Positions 25,079 through 34,971 of a DNA stretch of 37,645 nucleotides are shown here, piece after piece (position 1 is the stretch's first letter; each line of letters begins with the position of its first letter). The notes below the pieces were generated by a model. The model saw nothing but the letters and a program-made list of their open reading frames with translations. It was not told the DNA's origin and did not search any database. This DNA is from an uncultured Candidatus Saccharibacteria bacterium (lineage in GTDB: Bacteria; Patescibacteriota; Saccharimonadia; Saccharimonadales; UBA10212). The stretch covers positions 1-37,645 of the forward strand of contig CAZXDA010000002.1 of the NCBI GenBank assembly GCA_964639445.1, read 5' to 3'. The position numbers and the translations under genes were made by a program.

Positions 25079-27163
25079 ATGGCTGAGACTAAGTATCCAC
25101 TAGAGAGAGTCAGAAATATCGGTATTATTGCTCATATTGACGCCGGTAAAACTACTACCACCGAAGGTATTTTGTACCGCACCGGCCTAAAACATAAAAT
25201 CGGCGAGGTTCATAAAGGCGAAACAACTACCGACTGGATGGCCCAGGAAAAAGAGCGCGGCATCACCATTACGGCCGCGGCCGTGACTTGTTTCTGGAAA
25301 GATCACAAAATTAACATTATTGATACGCCTGGCCACATTGACTTTACGGTTGAGGTAGAACGCTCGCTGCGCGTGCTTGACGGCGCTGTAGTTGTTTTTG
25401 ACGGCAAAATGGGTGTCGAATCTCAATCTGAAACAGTTTGGCGCCAGGCGGATAAATATAATGTGCCACGCATTTGTTTTATTAATAAAATTAATCAAAC
25501 CGGCGGCGACTTTTATAAAAGCCTGGAAAGTATTCATAACCGCTTGAACCGACGGGCGCTGCCCATTCATTTACCAATCGGATTTGAGCAGTCGGTCAAC
25601 GGCGTAGTTGATCTGATTACAATGCGCGCCTACACTTATAAAAATTACACCGATCATGAGCTGATAGAGGGCGAGATCCCCGACGACATTAAAGAAAAAG
25701 CTACCCGTTATCGCAGTTTGCTGATTGAGGCGGCGGTAGAATCTGATGATGTGATTTTGGAAAAATATCTCGAGCAAGGCGAAAAAAGCCTAAGCGAAGA
25801 CGAAATCCGCCTAGCGATACGCAAAGCCGTACTATCTAGTCAGTTCTTTGCCGTGAGCGGCGGCGACGGCCGAGGAGTTATAGTTGAAAAACTGCTTGAT
25901 GCCATTACCGACTTTTTGCCAAGCCCACTGGACCGCGGTAGCACATGGGGCACCAATCCTAAAACAGGTGATGAAGCCGAACGTCAGCCGTCCCCTGCCG
26001 AGCCATTTACAGCTTTGGCTTTTAAGATAGCTACCGATCCGTTTGTCGGCAAGCTGGTCTTTTTCAGGTGTTACTCGGGTAAGGTTACGGCCGGCAGCTA
26101 CATCCTAAATAGTTCAACCGGCCAGCGTGAAAGAGTTGGCCGGATTGTCCGGCTGCATGCTGATAAGCGTGAGGATGTTGCCGAAGTAGAAGCCGGTGAC
26201 ATAGCAGCTATTGTTGGCCTGAAAGGTACATCTACCGGCAATACTCTATCTGACCCTAATCACCCCATAATCTTAGAAAGCATTCATTTTCCCGAGCCAC
26301 CGGTTTCGATTGCCATTGAGCCAAAAACCAAAGCCGACCAGGAAAAAATGAGCACCGCCTTGCAGCGGCTGGCGGAAGAAGACCCAACTTTCCGCATTAA
26401 AGTTGATCACGAAACCGGCCAAACAATTATTTCCGGCATGGGCGAGCTGCACCTGGAAATTATCGTTGATCGCATGAAGCGCGAATTTACAGTTGATGCC
26501 AATGTTGGTCAGCCGCAAGTTGCTTACCGAGAGACTATTCGCAGAGATGGCGTGGAGGCCGAAGGTAAATACATTCGCCAGACCGGCGGCCGCGGCCAAT
26601 ACGGCCACTGCTTAATTCGGATTTTTCAAAATGAAGCTGGCAAAGGATTTAAATTTATTAACAGTATCAAAGGCGGCAATATTCCAGCCGAGTTTATTCC
26701 GGCTGTCCAGGCCGGCATAGAAGAGGCTATGGCTAACGGCGTGATTGCCGGCTATCCGGTGGTTGATGTTAAGGTGGAGCTGTATGATGGTAGCTTCCAT
26801 GAGGTTGACTCCTCAGAACTAGCCTTTAAAATTGCCGGCAGCATAGCACTGCAGGATGCCGTTAAAAAAGCTGCACCAGTCCTGCTGGAACCAATTATGA
26901 AGCTGGTAGCCATTACTCCGGAAGAGTTTATGGGTGATGTAATTGGCGATCTCAACTCGAAGCGCGGGCGAATTGAAAGTATGGAAGATTTAAGCCCGGG
27001 TATTAAACAAATTACGGCTTTTGTGCCACTAGGTGAGATGTTTGGCTACACCACTCGCTTGCGCAGCATGACGCAAGGGCGAGCCTCTAGTTCTATGGAG
27101 CTTGATCACTATGCCGACGTGCCACCCAACGTCGCCGAGGGCATAATCGCTAAAAACAAATAA
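25079..27163 (+). CDS. fusA: Elongation factor G
   Basis: It has the G-domain motifs [14 protein letters not shown] and NKID-type, and is colinear with EF-G across all five domains. Confidence 0.95.
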   Translation: MAETKYPLERVRNIGIIAHIDAGKTTTTEGILYRTGLKHKIGEVHKGETTTDWMAQEKERGITITAAAVTCFWKDHKINIIDTPGHIDFTVEVERSLRVLDGAVVVFDGKMGVESQSETVWRQADKYNVPRICFINKINQTGGDFYKSLESIHNRLNRRALPIHLPIGFEQSVNGVVDLITMRAYTYKNYTDHELIEGEIPDDIKEKATRYRSLLIEAAVESDDVILEKYLEQGEKSLSEDEIRLAIRKAVLSSQFFAVSGGDGRGVIVEKLLDAITDFLPSPLDRGSTWGTNPKTGDEAERQPSPAEPFTALAFKIATDPFVGKLVFFRCYSGKVTAGSYILNSSTGQRERVGRIVRLHADKREDVAEVEAGDIAAIVGLKGTSTGNTLSDPNHPIILESIHFPEPPVSIAIEPKTKADQEKMSTALQRLAEEDPTFRIKVDHETGQTIISGMGELHLEIIVDRMKREFTVDANVGQPQVAYRETIRRDGVEAEGKYIRQTGGRGQYGHCLIRIFQNEAGKGFKFINSIKGGNIPAEFIPAVQAGIEEAMANGVIAGYPVVDVKVELYDGSFHEVDSSELAFKIAGSIALQDAVKKAAPVLLEPIMKLVAITPEEFMGDVIGDLNSKRGRIESMEDLSPGIKQITAFVPLGEMFGYTTRLRSMTQGRASSSMELDHYADVPPNVAEGIIAKNK

Positions 27164-27188
27164 AATTACTTAACAAGTCAAGTAATTT
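27163..27188 (+). terminator. Weak AT-rich hairpin after fusA, followed by a TATAAT box at 27190-27195
   Basis: AAATTACTT-aacaagtc-AAGTAATTT forms a 9-bp stem. There is no clean U-tract, so terminator function is doubtful. Confidence 0.3.
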
Positions 27189-27240
27189 GTATAATCTTCC
27201 ACCCTGTAACCTATTTTAAAAAGGTGATAAATTATTTCTT

Positions 27241-28770
27241 GTGGTGAAGGTTGTAATTCATAAAGCTATTGGCAGACTTATCAGAAAGCCTAAGTTGCAG
27301 TTGCCGCCGGCTTTGGCAATCAGATCGGTGGTGTCTAAAAAAGGTTTAGGCGTCTATGCCAGTAGCGACACTCTTTTCCGTGGGGCGGTCTTTGGCCGGG
27401 ACTCATTGGTGGTGGCCGAAGATTTAATGACGCTCAAACCGCAGCTGGTGAAACGCATTTTAATTACTCTTGCCAATTTACAGGGCCTCTCCCACGACAG
27501 CGTTAACGACGAAGAGCCTGGCAAAATAATGCACGAGTATCGCACCAAAATTGTTGACGAGTGTCCTTTAAGCGGCCGGCCGTTAGAGATTTTTGAGAAA
27601 TTAAGCCGGCGCTGGGGTGGAACGGATGCCAGCATGATTTATTTCGGCTCGGTTGATGCAACGCCTCATTTTATTCGTACTCTCGGCGAATACTGTGATT
27701 TTTATGGCCCGACGATTTTAGATAAAGAAATTATTCGCCGAGACGGCCAAGCAACAACCATGTTTGATGCTCTGAAAGATGCGCTTTCATGGCTGGAAGA
27801 AAAAATTGATATTTCGGAAAGTGGTCTTTTGGAATACCGAACTCACACCCCAGTAGGTATTAAAAATCAAGCTTGGAAAGATTCTGATGAATTTTATGTT
27901 CATGAAAACGGTCGCTCGGTTAACCATTCCCGCCCGGTTACTTCTATCGAAGTCCAGGGTTTAGCTTATGATGCTCTAATAGCGGCGGCTAAGTTATTGC
28001 CAAAACGAGCAGAAGAGCTAACCAGAAAGGCGAACCAGCTGCGAGATAAAACAATTAAGCTTTTATGGTTGCCCGAAAGAAGCTATTTTGCTCTTGGCGC
28101 CGATTATGACCAAGATGGTAATTTAAGAATAATTCGAACTATTACTGCTAACCCGGCTTCTCTTCTTAACTCCTACTTTTTCGACAAACTTGATAGCGTT
28201 CTGCAGCAAGAACATATTAGCGGCATAGTCAGAGAAATTATGGGCACCGATTTCTTAACTGATGCCGGCATTCGCAGCCGAGCGCTAAGTGAGGCCAATC
28301 TGGTACCATTTTGGGATTATCACGGTTCTTATATTTCCTGGCCGAAAGAAACGTATGATATCGCCAAAGGCTTGCGCCGTCATGGCTTTCCCGAACTAGC
28401 CACACAACTCGAGAATCGTTTACTTAACGTTGTGCGCAAAAGTCGCGGCTATCCTGAATTCTTATATGTTGATGCTCGCGGCCGGGTGCTCGGTGCTTCT
28501 TCTTTTGCTCATCGCCATACACACGCCATATTGGTCAAAAGCACTAATGTGCCAGAAAGTATTCAGGCCTGGACGGTTTCGGCCATTTTAGCGATTACCG
28601 CCGATCGCCGACCTGGTCTAAGGGTTGGGAAAGTAAAGCAAAAGCCATGGCAAAAAAAGTTGGAAAAGGAAGTCATAGCTCACATTCCCAGAGTCGGCAG
28701 ATTAAAAACGCCCATTACTCTTAATGCCCGTTACCCCGATTACCCCTACGAGTTAACAGATGAAACATGA
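27241..28770 (+). CDS. Amylo-alpha-1,6-glucosidase / glycogen-debranching-enzyme-like (alpha/alpha)6-barrel glycoside hydrolase
   Basis: Motifs FGRDSLVVAEDL and EPGKIMHEYR, and the later WPKETYDIAKGL-type helices, resemble the GDE_C family as I recall it. The start is GTG and is uncertain. Confidence 0.55.
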   Translation: MVKVVIHKAIGRLIRKPKLQLPPALAIRSVVSKKGLGVYASSDTLFRGAVFGRDSLVVAEDLMTLKPQLVKRILITLANLQGLSHDSVNDEEPGKIMHEYRTKIVDECPLSGRPLEIFEKLSRRWGGTDASMIYFGSVDATPHFIRTLGEYCDFYGPTILDKEIIRRDGQATTMFDALKDALSWLEEKIDISESGLLEYRTHTPVGIKNQAWKDSDEFYVHENGRSVNHSRPVTSIEVQGLAYDALIAAAKLLPKRAEELTRKANQLRDKTIKLLWLPERSYFALGADYDQDGNLRIIRTITANPASLLNSYFFDKLDSVLQQEHISGIVREIMGTDFLTDAGIRSRALSEANLVPFWDYHGSYISWPKETYDIAKGLRRHGFPELATQLENRLLNVVRKSRGYPEFLYVDARGRVLGASSFAHRHTHAILVKSTNVPESIQAWTVSAILAITADRRPGLRVGKVKQKPWQKKLEKEVIAHIPRVGRLKTPITLNARYPDYPYELTDET

Positions 28771-28803
28771 AACAGGAAGCATGAAACAACCGGAGGTTGT
28801 GTG

Positions 28804-29946
28804 ATGCGTGTGGCGATTGTGGCTGGACCGTATATTCCTATTCCACCGCCCAAATACGGCGGTACGGAAAGAGTGATTTATTACTTGATTAAAGGTCTTA
28901 AGGAGGCCGGGCATGAGCCGATTTTGTTTGGGCCAGGAGATTCTAAACCCGGCTGCGAGCTTATTCCTATAGTTGATAAGCATATCTTCTTTCCGCGCAC
29001 CAAAGCCGGCGTGCCCGCCTTTGAAAAAAGGCTTAAAAAAATCCACAAAGAAACTATCGAACTACTGGAAGCCAATCTCCACCGAATCGATATTATTCAC
29101 TCCCATGACATTGACGTAGGTGAATTTGAGGATTTTCCAAATTTGACAACATTGCATGGCCCCATAATTTTTAAGAAGTTTGATTATTATAGAAGTCGTA
29201 AAGGGTTATTTTTTGCTTCAATCTCTAAAAATCAGCAAGAGGCTTATCCTAGCCTCCAATGGGTGGGTGCTGTATATAATGGCGAAGACCCCTCCATTTT
29301 TCCCGTAGTAAAACGACCGAAGGACTATGTTTGTTTTGTCGGCCGGCTAGATCGTGAAAAAAATCCCCATTTGGCTATAGAGCTGGCTATTAACTATGGC
29401 ATCAAAATCAAAGTTGCCGGCAAGATAGATTATTTGGGCGACGACTATTTTAAAACAGAAGTTAAAAAGTATTTCCGCCATCCACTAGTTGAATTTCTGG
29501 GAGAGTTGAATAATAAGGAAGTTATAAAAGTCTTAAGCAAGGCCAAGCTCAATTTACATCCAACGGGGACATTTCGCGAACCCTTTGGCCTAAGTGTTTT
29601 AGAGGCCGCTTATTGCGGCACACCGACCATAGCTATAGAGCGTGGTTCGATGCCGGAACTCATAGAGGAAGGTAAAACCGGCCTTCTGGTGGAAGATTTT
29701 GTAGAGGGCTATCACCAGATGGAGAGGTGTTTTGTGATGGATAGAGAATATATAGCTAGACGCGCGCGTAAGCTTTTTAACTATCAGCTAATGACCAAGC
29801 AGTATCTAAGAGCGTACAAAAGAGTTCTGCGGATTTTTAAGATTCGCCAAAGAGAAGAGCAAAAAATCGAAAAAATAGCCGAAAAAAGTAAACAAGAGCT
29901 GGAAGCCATCTGGCAACGCGACACTGAAGTTAAAAGGTTGCAGTGA
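28804..29946 (+). CDS. GT-B fold glycosyltransferase, family 4-like
   Basis: The N-terminal PPKYGGTERVIYYLIKGL and C-terminal EPFGLSVLEAAYCGTPTIA...GKTGLLV (the E-x7-E region) are present. GGAGG lies 8 nt before the ATG at 28804. Confidence 0.8.
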   Translation: MRVAIVAGPYIPIPPPKYGGTERVIYYLIKGLKEAGHEPILFGPGDSKPGCELIPIVDKHIFFPRTKAGVPAFEKRLKKIHKETIELLEANLHRIDIIHSHDIDVGEFEDFPNLTTLHGPIIFKKFDYYRSRKGLFFASISKNQQEAYPSLQWVGAVYNGEDPSIFPVVKRPKDYVCFVGRLDREKNPHLAIELAINYGIKIKVAGKIDYLGDDYFKTEVKKYFRHPLVEFLGELNNKEVIKVLSKAKLNLHPTGTFREPFGLSVLEAAYCGTPTIAIERGSMPELIEEGKTGLLVEDFVEGYHQMERCFVMDREYIARRARKLFNYQLMTKQYLRAYKRVLRIFKIRQREEQKIEKIAEKSKQELEAIWQRDTEVKRLQ

Positions 29947-29974
29947 TTGATGAAATTGTTGTTACAATTTGGTT

Positions 29975-30328
29975 ATGACATTATCAATTGAGAATCTGGA
30001 AAGAAGAAAAAAGATACTTTTAGCGGCCTCAGCGATTGCTCTGGGCGCTGTGGCTCTCAGGAAAAACAAGGCTATAGGCGATAAAATTTATAGTACTTCA
30101 GTTTGGGAAGCATCCCAAACAGTGGTAGCAGATATAATTGCCGGCAGTAAGGGCATTGGTGGTCGACTATCGGCGAAACTCGTTCGGGACGCCAATAATG
30201 AAGTTGTGGACGTAGTCCCTTCTGAGGAGAGAGAAGAAATACTTGAAGAATTAATAGAAGAGTATGAAGATGTATTTATAAATGGTGATTGGACAGAAGC
30301 CGGTAGAAACACTTTACAAACGGATTAA
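29975..30328 (+). CDS. Hypothetical 117-aa protein with an N-terminal TM helix and an acidic C-terminal tail
   Basis: The TM segment is KILLAASAIALGAVAL and the tail is PSEEREEILEELIEEYEDV. No family is recognised. Confidence 0.5.
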   Translation: MTLSIENLERRKKILLAASAIALGAVALRKNKAIGDKIYSTSVWEASQTVVADIIAGSKGIGGRLSAKLVRDANNEVVDVVPSEEREEILEELIEEYEDVFINGDWTEAGRNTLQTD

Positions 30329-30342
30329 GTTTATCTTATAAT
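30314..30342 (+). promoter_or_regulatory. Putative tuf promoter: TTACAA - 17 nt - TATAAT
   Basis: TTACAA lies at 30314-30319 and TATAAT at 30337-30342, about 75 nt upstream of the tuf ATG, which has its own TAGGAG SD. Confidence 0.5.
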
Positions 30343-30418
30343 GTTGTCATTGCTACGTGGGTGGTAATTGCTGCTCATGTTAAATTATTAAGCCTAAATT
30401 AGAATATAGGAGATATAA

Positions 30419-31600
<1,182 letters not shown>

Positions 31601-31602
31601 AA

Positions 31603-31890
31603 ATGTCACACCCCGAGAGAACCACCGGATCGGAATCTGAGCCGGAACGAAGTATTTACAGAACGATTGAAGGGCTTAAACAAGCTGCAGATGGTGAGCT
31701 GATAGCGCATGTAATAATTTCAGATACGGGCGGTTCGACATGGTTTACTTTTACTGAACATGGCAAAGATTTACATCCATCACTAGCGTCCTTAAGGGGC
31801 TATGTTGGTCCGATGGAGCCAGATGTAGCAGCTGCATTTGCGCACTGGATGGAAGAAAGCTATGGTAAAAGCCAAGAAACCGGAAGTTAA
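31603..31890 (+). CDS. Hypothetical 95-aa protein starting 2 nt after the tuf stop
   Basis: The ORF is [16 protein letters not shown]...[18 protein letters not shown]. No family is recognised. Confidence 0.45.
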   Translation: MSHPERTTGSESEPERSIYRTIEGLKQAADGELIAHVIISDTGGSTWFTFTEHGKDLHPSLASLRGYVGPMEPDVAAAFAHWMEESYGKSQETGS

Positions 31891-31899
31891 GTAGCGGAG

Positions 31900-31908
31900 T
31901 GCTAGAAT
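31900..31908 (+). promoter_or_regulatory. Extended -10 box TGcTAGAAT, 6 nt before the ATG of orf116
   Basis: TGCTAGAAT lies at 31900-31908, followed by aaaaac and then ATG at 31915. Confidence 0.45.
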
Positions 31909-31914
31909 AAAAAC

Positions 31915-32265
31915 ATGAGTTTGACAGCCGAAGACCTACACGCAATTCGTAACATTGTCCAGGAAGAGACGCGTGATATAGTTCAAGCCGAAACCCGGCC
32001 AATTATACAAGATGAGCTTAGACTTGAAGTTGCTCCTTTATCTGTAAAATTATCCAGCCTGACGGAGAAAATCGATAGGTTGACCGGTAAAATCGAAGCC
32101 TTAGAAAATGATGTCAAAGATATTTATAAGATGCTGAAGGACTTGCAATCAGTTGCAATTACGGATAGAAAATTCAAGAAAATGACTCTTGAGAAAAGAC
32201 TCTTGACGCTTAATGCTGAACTTTTAACGATCGCTAAAGAAGCTGGAATAAGACTGCCTCGATAA
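31915..32265 (+). CDS. Hypothetical 116-aa coiled-coil protein
   Basis: It contains a short internal repeat (IVQEETRDIVQAETRPIIQDE) and heptad-like sequence (LTEKIDRLTGKIEALENDVKDIYKMLKDLQ). It ends 3 nt before rpsJ. Confidence 0.5.
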   Translation: MSLTAEDLHAIRNIVQEETRDIVQAETRPIIQDELRLEVAPLSVKLSSLTEKIDRLTGKIEALENDVKDIYKMLKDLQSVAITDRKFKKMTLEKRLLTLNAELLTIAKEAGIRLPR

Positions 32266-32268
32266 ATT

Positions 32269-32604
32269 ATGGCTAATCCTAAAACTAAAGAACCAGAAGT
32301 CAAACAGCGGATTAGAATCCGTCTGAAGGCTTATGACCATAAGGTGATTGACCAGTCGGCTAAGCAGATTGTCGAAACGGCTCTGCGGACTGGCGCTAAT
32401 ATCTCCGGACCAATCCCTCTGCCTACCAAAAAAAGCACTTTTACCGTTGTCAAAAGTCCCCATGTTTACAAAAAAGGTCGCGAACAATTTGAGATGCGCG
32501 TTCACAAACGCCTGATTGATATTACTGATCCAACGCCAAAAACAGTTGATGCGTTGATGAACCTATCGCTGCCTGCCGGTTGCGATGCTGAGATAAAGAT
32601 GTAG
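32269..32604 (+). CDS. rpsJ: 30S ribosomal protein S10
   Basis: The sequence includes [29 protein letters not shown] and [12 protein letters not shown]. Confidence 0.95.
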   Translation: MANPKTKEPEVKQRIRIRLKAYDHKVIDQSAKQIVETALRTGANISGPIPLPTKKSTFTVVKSPHVYKKGREQFEMRVHKRLIDITDPTPKTVDALMNLSLPAGCDAEIKM

Positions 32605-32607
32605 GTC

Positions 32608-32796
32608 GCTCGCCCCAAGCTTACTCAAACGCTTCGCTCACTTGATGCAGCTGTTGTCAAAAGACACAACCGCCTCGAGGACTCACTTGCCAAATAGGCA
32701 AGTTCAAACATCTCTCGGCGCCTGACGGAAGTTGTGCTTATTGACAACAGCTGCATCAGGTTCGCTCGCTGAGTGTTTTCGCAAGCTTGGGCTCGC
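32608..32796. repeat. Long imperfect inverted repeat (~190 nt extended hairpin) flanked by the direct repeat GCTCGC; a candidate structured RNA or MITE-like insertion
   Basis: Paired blocks are CCCAAGCTT (32614-22) with AAGCTTGGG (32783-91), AAACGCTT (32627-34) with GAGTGTTT (32771-78, 2 GU pairs), GATGCAGCTGTTGTCAA (32644-60) with TTGACAACAGCTGCATC (32741-57, 17/17), and CACAAC (32665-70) with GTTGTG (32731-36). The apical hairpin is ACTTGCC-aaata-GGCAAGT (32685-32703). GCTCGC occurs at 32608-13 and 32791-96. Confidence 0.75.
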
Positions 32797-32823
32797 TTGG
32801 TCAAGAACCTCTACTTGCAGAAT

Positions 32824-32852
32824 TTGATAAATGATGGTGTTGGTGGCATAAT
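32824..32852 (+). promoter_or_regulatory. Putative promoter of the GNAT gene: TTGATA - 17 nt - CATAAT with a TGg extension
   Basis: TTGATA lies at 32824-32829 and TGgCATAAT at 32844-32852, which ends 7 nt before the ATG at 32860. No SD is present. Confidence 0.55.
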
Positions 32853-32859
32853 ATAGTGT

Positions 32860-33312
32860 ATGAGTATTGAGATTACACCTATTTCTGAAGACGATATTGA
32901 AACTGTAATCGCACTCGGCTCAAGTACACCCGAGGTTCAAACAGGGACTGAAGGAGTTCCGGCTTTCTATGGCACGCAAACCTTGAAACGATGGATAGAA
33001 GCACCTAATGGAGTAACTCTGGCGGCTAGAGATGAAGGTAAACTAGTCGGATTTTTATTAGGTCAGGCACTTGGCGCATCAAGAGATGCATACATTAATG
33101 CCACAGTAGTTTCTGAAGATTACAGAGGGCAAGGTATTGCATCCGAACTGACTCAAATTGCAGAAGAACGTTTTTCTGAACTCGGATGTAATCATATCTT
33201 TTCTGAAGTCGAAGAAGGCAATCTAGCTATGTTGGGCTTAAAGAAAAAACTCGGTTACCATATAAGCGACAAAGTTTTTAGATACGTAGAAAAAATGATT
33301 GAACCAAAGTAA
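32860..33312 (+). CDS. GNAT-family N-acetyltransferase (RimI-like size), inserted between rpsJ and rplC
   Basis: The 150 aa protein carries the acetyl-CoA motif A (YRGQGIASEL) and the beta4-alpha3 region VGFLLGQ. Confidence 0.8.
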   Translation: MSIEITPISEDDIETVIALGSSTPEVQTGTEGVPAFYGTQTLKRWIEAPNGVTLAARDEGKLVGFLLGQALGASRDAYINATVVSEDYRGQGIASELTQIAEERFSELGCNHIFSEVEEGNLAMLGLKKKLGYHISDKVFRYVEKMIEPK

Positions 33313-33319
33313 TAAATAC

Positions 33320-33358
33320 AACAGATTGACAGTTGTAGGTGGTTTATGGTAATCTGTT
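33320..33358 (+). promoter_or_regulatory. Putative rplC promoter (TTGACA - 18 nt - TGgTAATCT) enclosed by the 8-bp inverted repeat AACAGATT/AATCTGTT
   Basis: TTGACA lies at 33326-31 and TGgTAATCT at 33347-55. The inverted-repeat arms are at 33320-27 and 33351-58. A ~75 nt leader with small hairpins follows, up to the GTG at 33435. Confidence 0.4.
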
Positions 33359-33434
33359 ACGGATACAACTATAGAGGTGTATCTAGCTATTAATATGGTA
33401 AAAGCAGTTAGCAGCAATAGCAAAGGATTTACAG

Positions 33435-34001
33435 GTGAAGGCCCTACTCACCCGCAAAATTGGTATGACGCGCGTCCTCGACGAGGATGGTGCAGCTATT
33501 GCTGTGACATTGCTCTCCGCTAAACCGAACGACATAACCCAAATCAAAACAACCGAAAACGACGGCTATAATGCCGTTCAAGTTAGCCTTGAAAATAAAA
33601 AAAAGGTTGCTCGTGAATTTCGGATTAATGATGACGAGCTAGGCGATTTAAGAATCGGCGCTAAAATTAGCGCCGATTCTTTTGGAGTTGGCGACGTTGT
33701 TAGTGTAACCGGTATAAGCAAAGGCAAAGGCTTTGCCGGAACAATTAAACGGCATCGTTTTCACCGCGGTCGCAAAACTCATGGTCGCGGCAGTTACCGC
33801 CGCCCCGGCTCAATCGGCTCAATGTATCCACAGAAGATTTTTAAAGGTAAAAAGATGGCTGGCCATATGGGTCACGAGCGTGTCACAACCAAAAATCTCC
33901 GCATCCGACTCATTGATAATGATCTTGGTGTAATTGGTGTAGGGGGAGCGGTACCCGGTCCCAGAAAAGGACTTGTTGTGGTTAGGGGAGTCGAGAAATG
34001 A
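33435..34001 (+). CDS. rplC: 50S ribosomal protein L3
   Basis: The sequence includes KIGMTRV, GKGFAGTIKRH and GHMGHERVTTKNL. The start is GTG. Confidence 0.93.
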   Translation: MKALLTRKIGMTRVLDEDGAAIAVTLLSAKPNDITQIKTTENDGYNAVQVSLENKKKVAREFRINDDELGDLRIGAKISADSFGVGDVVSVTGISKGKGFAGTIKRHRFHRGRKTHGRGSYRRPGSIGSMYPQKIFKGKKMAGHMGHERVTTKNLRIRLIDNDLGVIGVGGAVPGPRKGLVVVRGVEK

Positions 34002-34639
34002 CAGCGGTGGAGACGTATACCAAATCAGGCGCCAAGGCCACTACGCCGGCTAAGCTGGATAAAGACATTTTTGGTTTAAGGGTAGAGAACCATCAACTGC
34101 TTAAAGATGCTTATTTGGCATATTTAGCTAACGGGCGAGCGAATTATGCAAAAACTAAGACCCGCGGCGTTGTTCGTGGTGGCGGCGCCAAACCGTGGCG
34201 TCAGAAAGGCACTGGACGCGCTCGCGTTGGCTCGTCCCGCAACCCGGTCTGGACAGGCGGCGGTGTGGCCTTTGGCCCACTAGGTGTTGAAAACTACAGC
34301 CGCAAACTCAACATTAAGGCCAAGCGGCAAGCTTTAAGACAAGCTCTGTCTTTGGCTGCCACCGAAAACCGCCTTAAAATCATCGACTCCTTAGAGTTTG
34401 CTGATGGTAAAGTAAAGTCTGCCGTTAAATTGCTCGGTAAGATTAAAGCCGGAGGTCGGATTTTGCTCATTACTGAAGAGAAAAATGAATCAGTTAATCG
34501 AGCAACCAGAAATCTGCCAGATGTAAGACTGATTAAAGCTAATTATCTAACCGTTTTTGACATCCTCAATGCCAATACCGTAGTTATCAGCAAAAAGGCT
34601 TTAGAGAGCATCAATGCCCATCTAGGAGTGAAAAAGTGA
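33998..34639 (+). CDS. rplD: 50S ribosomal protein L4
   Basis: It has KPWRQKGTGRAR and overlaps rplC by 4 nt, in S10-operon synteny. Confidence 0.93.
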   Translation: MTAVETYTKSGAKATTPAKLDKDIFGLRVENHQLLKDAYLAYLANGRANYAKTKTRGVVRGGGAKPWRQKGTGRARVGSSRNPVWTGGGVAFGPLGVENYSRKLNIKAKRQALRQALSLAATENRLKIIDSLEFADGKVKSAVKLLGKIKAGGRILLITEEKNESVNRATRNLPDVRLIKANYLTVFDILNANTVVISKKALESINAHLGVKK

Positions 34640-34971
34640 GTAAGACACTAGCTCTAAGACCGCGCCTAAGCGAGAAGTCATATGCCTTAAGCGAAAAGCA
34701 GAATGTCTATGTTTTTGATGTGCCGGCTGGAACTAATCGCCACGCAGTGGCCAAAGCCATTGCCGATCAGTTTAATGTTACTGTCAAGTCTGTCCGCATT
34801 GCCGCTACGCCAACAAAAACCAAGCGTACCTATCGCCGTGGCGGCCGGGTTGTACTACGAGGCAAAACTTCGGCTATTCGCAAGGCTTATGTTCATCTCA
34901 AAGAAGACGATAAATTGCCCATTTTTTCTGCTGCAGAAGAAGATAAAAAGAAATCAAGGGAGGCTAAATGA
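34636..34971 (+). CDS. rplW: 50S ribosomal protein L23
   Basis: It resembles L23 (LSEKSY...VFDV...K..IA....F.V.V.SV) and fits the synteny. The start is GTG, with 4-nt overlaps on both sides. Confidence 0.9.
   Translation: MSKTLALRPRLSEKSYALSEKQNVYVFDVPAGTNRHAVAKAIADQFNVTVKSVRIAATPTKTKRTYRRGGRVVLRGKTSAIRKAYVHLKEDDKLPIFSAAEEDKKKSREAK

Noticed and set aside
32605-32800. Interpreting the long hairpin as an integron attC site or as SRP (4.5S) RNA.
   Set aside because: attC core sites (RYYYAAC/GTTRRRY) should be at the outer ends. Here the closest matches (cacaac/gttgtg) are internal and imperfect, and no intI is present. The conserved SRP domain IV motif (GGAA-capped helix with AGCA loops) is also absent.
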